The position numbers and the translations under genes are program-made. Positions 14,458 to 14,657 of a DNA stretch of 14,657 bases are shown here, piece after piece; positions within the stretch are counted from its first letter, which is position 1; the number at the start of each line of letters is the position of its first letter. The stretch comes from a virus. Location: the UHGV virus genome UHGV-0107399. One strand, written 5' to 3'. Under the pieces are notes generated by a model. That model saw only the letters and a list, made by a program, of their open reading frames with translations, had not been told where the DNA came from and did no database searches.

Positions 14458-14657
14458 GGCCTTTCCTTATAGCCGGTCAGTGCATTCACCACCACAAGCA
14501 GATAATAACTTTATCTGTATTTCTTTATATGATGTGAGCATATTCAGGAAAAATGACCTTTCCTGAGGTACAGTTGCTCGCTCAAATCCTTTGATTACTG
14601 CGGATAAAGTCATCTACTATTGTTTAACACATTCACGCGCTGCATGTATGTTCAGAA

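Noticed and set aside
1-14657. CRISPR arrays, rRNA or tRNA genes, IS elements
   Set aside because: No regularly spaced repeat-spacer array, no rRNA-like conserved segments and no transposase-like ORF with terminal inverted repeats was seen. The window looks like prophage early-region DNA throughout.

Overview
This window looks like the early region of a lambdoid (Rac/P22-like) enterobacterial prophage, read by eye without any database search. On the minus strand, a tightly coupled rightward-type operon runs from about 4468 down to 1: Cro-like, CII-like, a small ORF, an O-like replication initiator with internal iterons, a DnaB-family helicase and three hypothetical proteins (the last runs off the window). 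A CI/LexA-like repressor (4585..5262, +) sits divergently, with 19-bp operator palindromes on both sides (OR about 4500-4567, OL about 5346-5422). The plus-strand leftward-type operon starts with an ORF-free leader of roughly 400 nt, then small ORFs, one embedded minus-strand zinc-ribbon gene, a RecE-like exonuclease, a Bet-like annealase, three small ORFs and an Xis/AlpA-like protein. It converges on a P4-family tyrosine integrase (13009..14202, -). No rRNA, tRNA, CRISPR array or IS element was recognised. The best candidates for something new are the embedded zinc-ribbon gene with its convergently overlapping basic ORF (6300..6843) and the ORF-free leader (5440..5839); both are hypotheses, not demonstrated systems.
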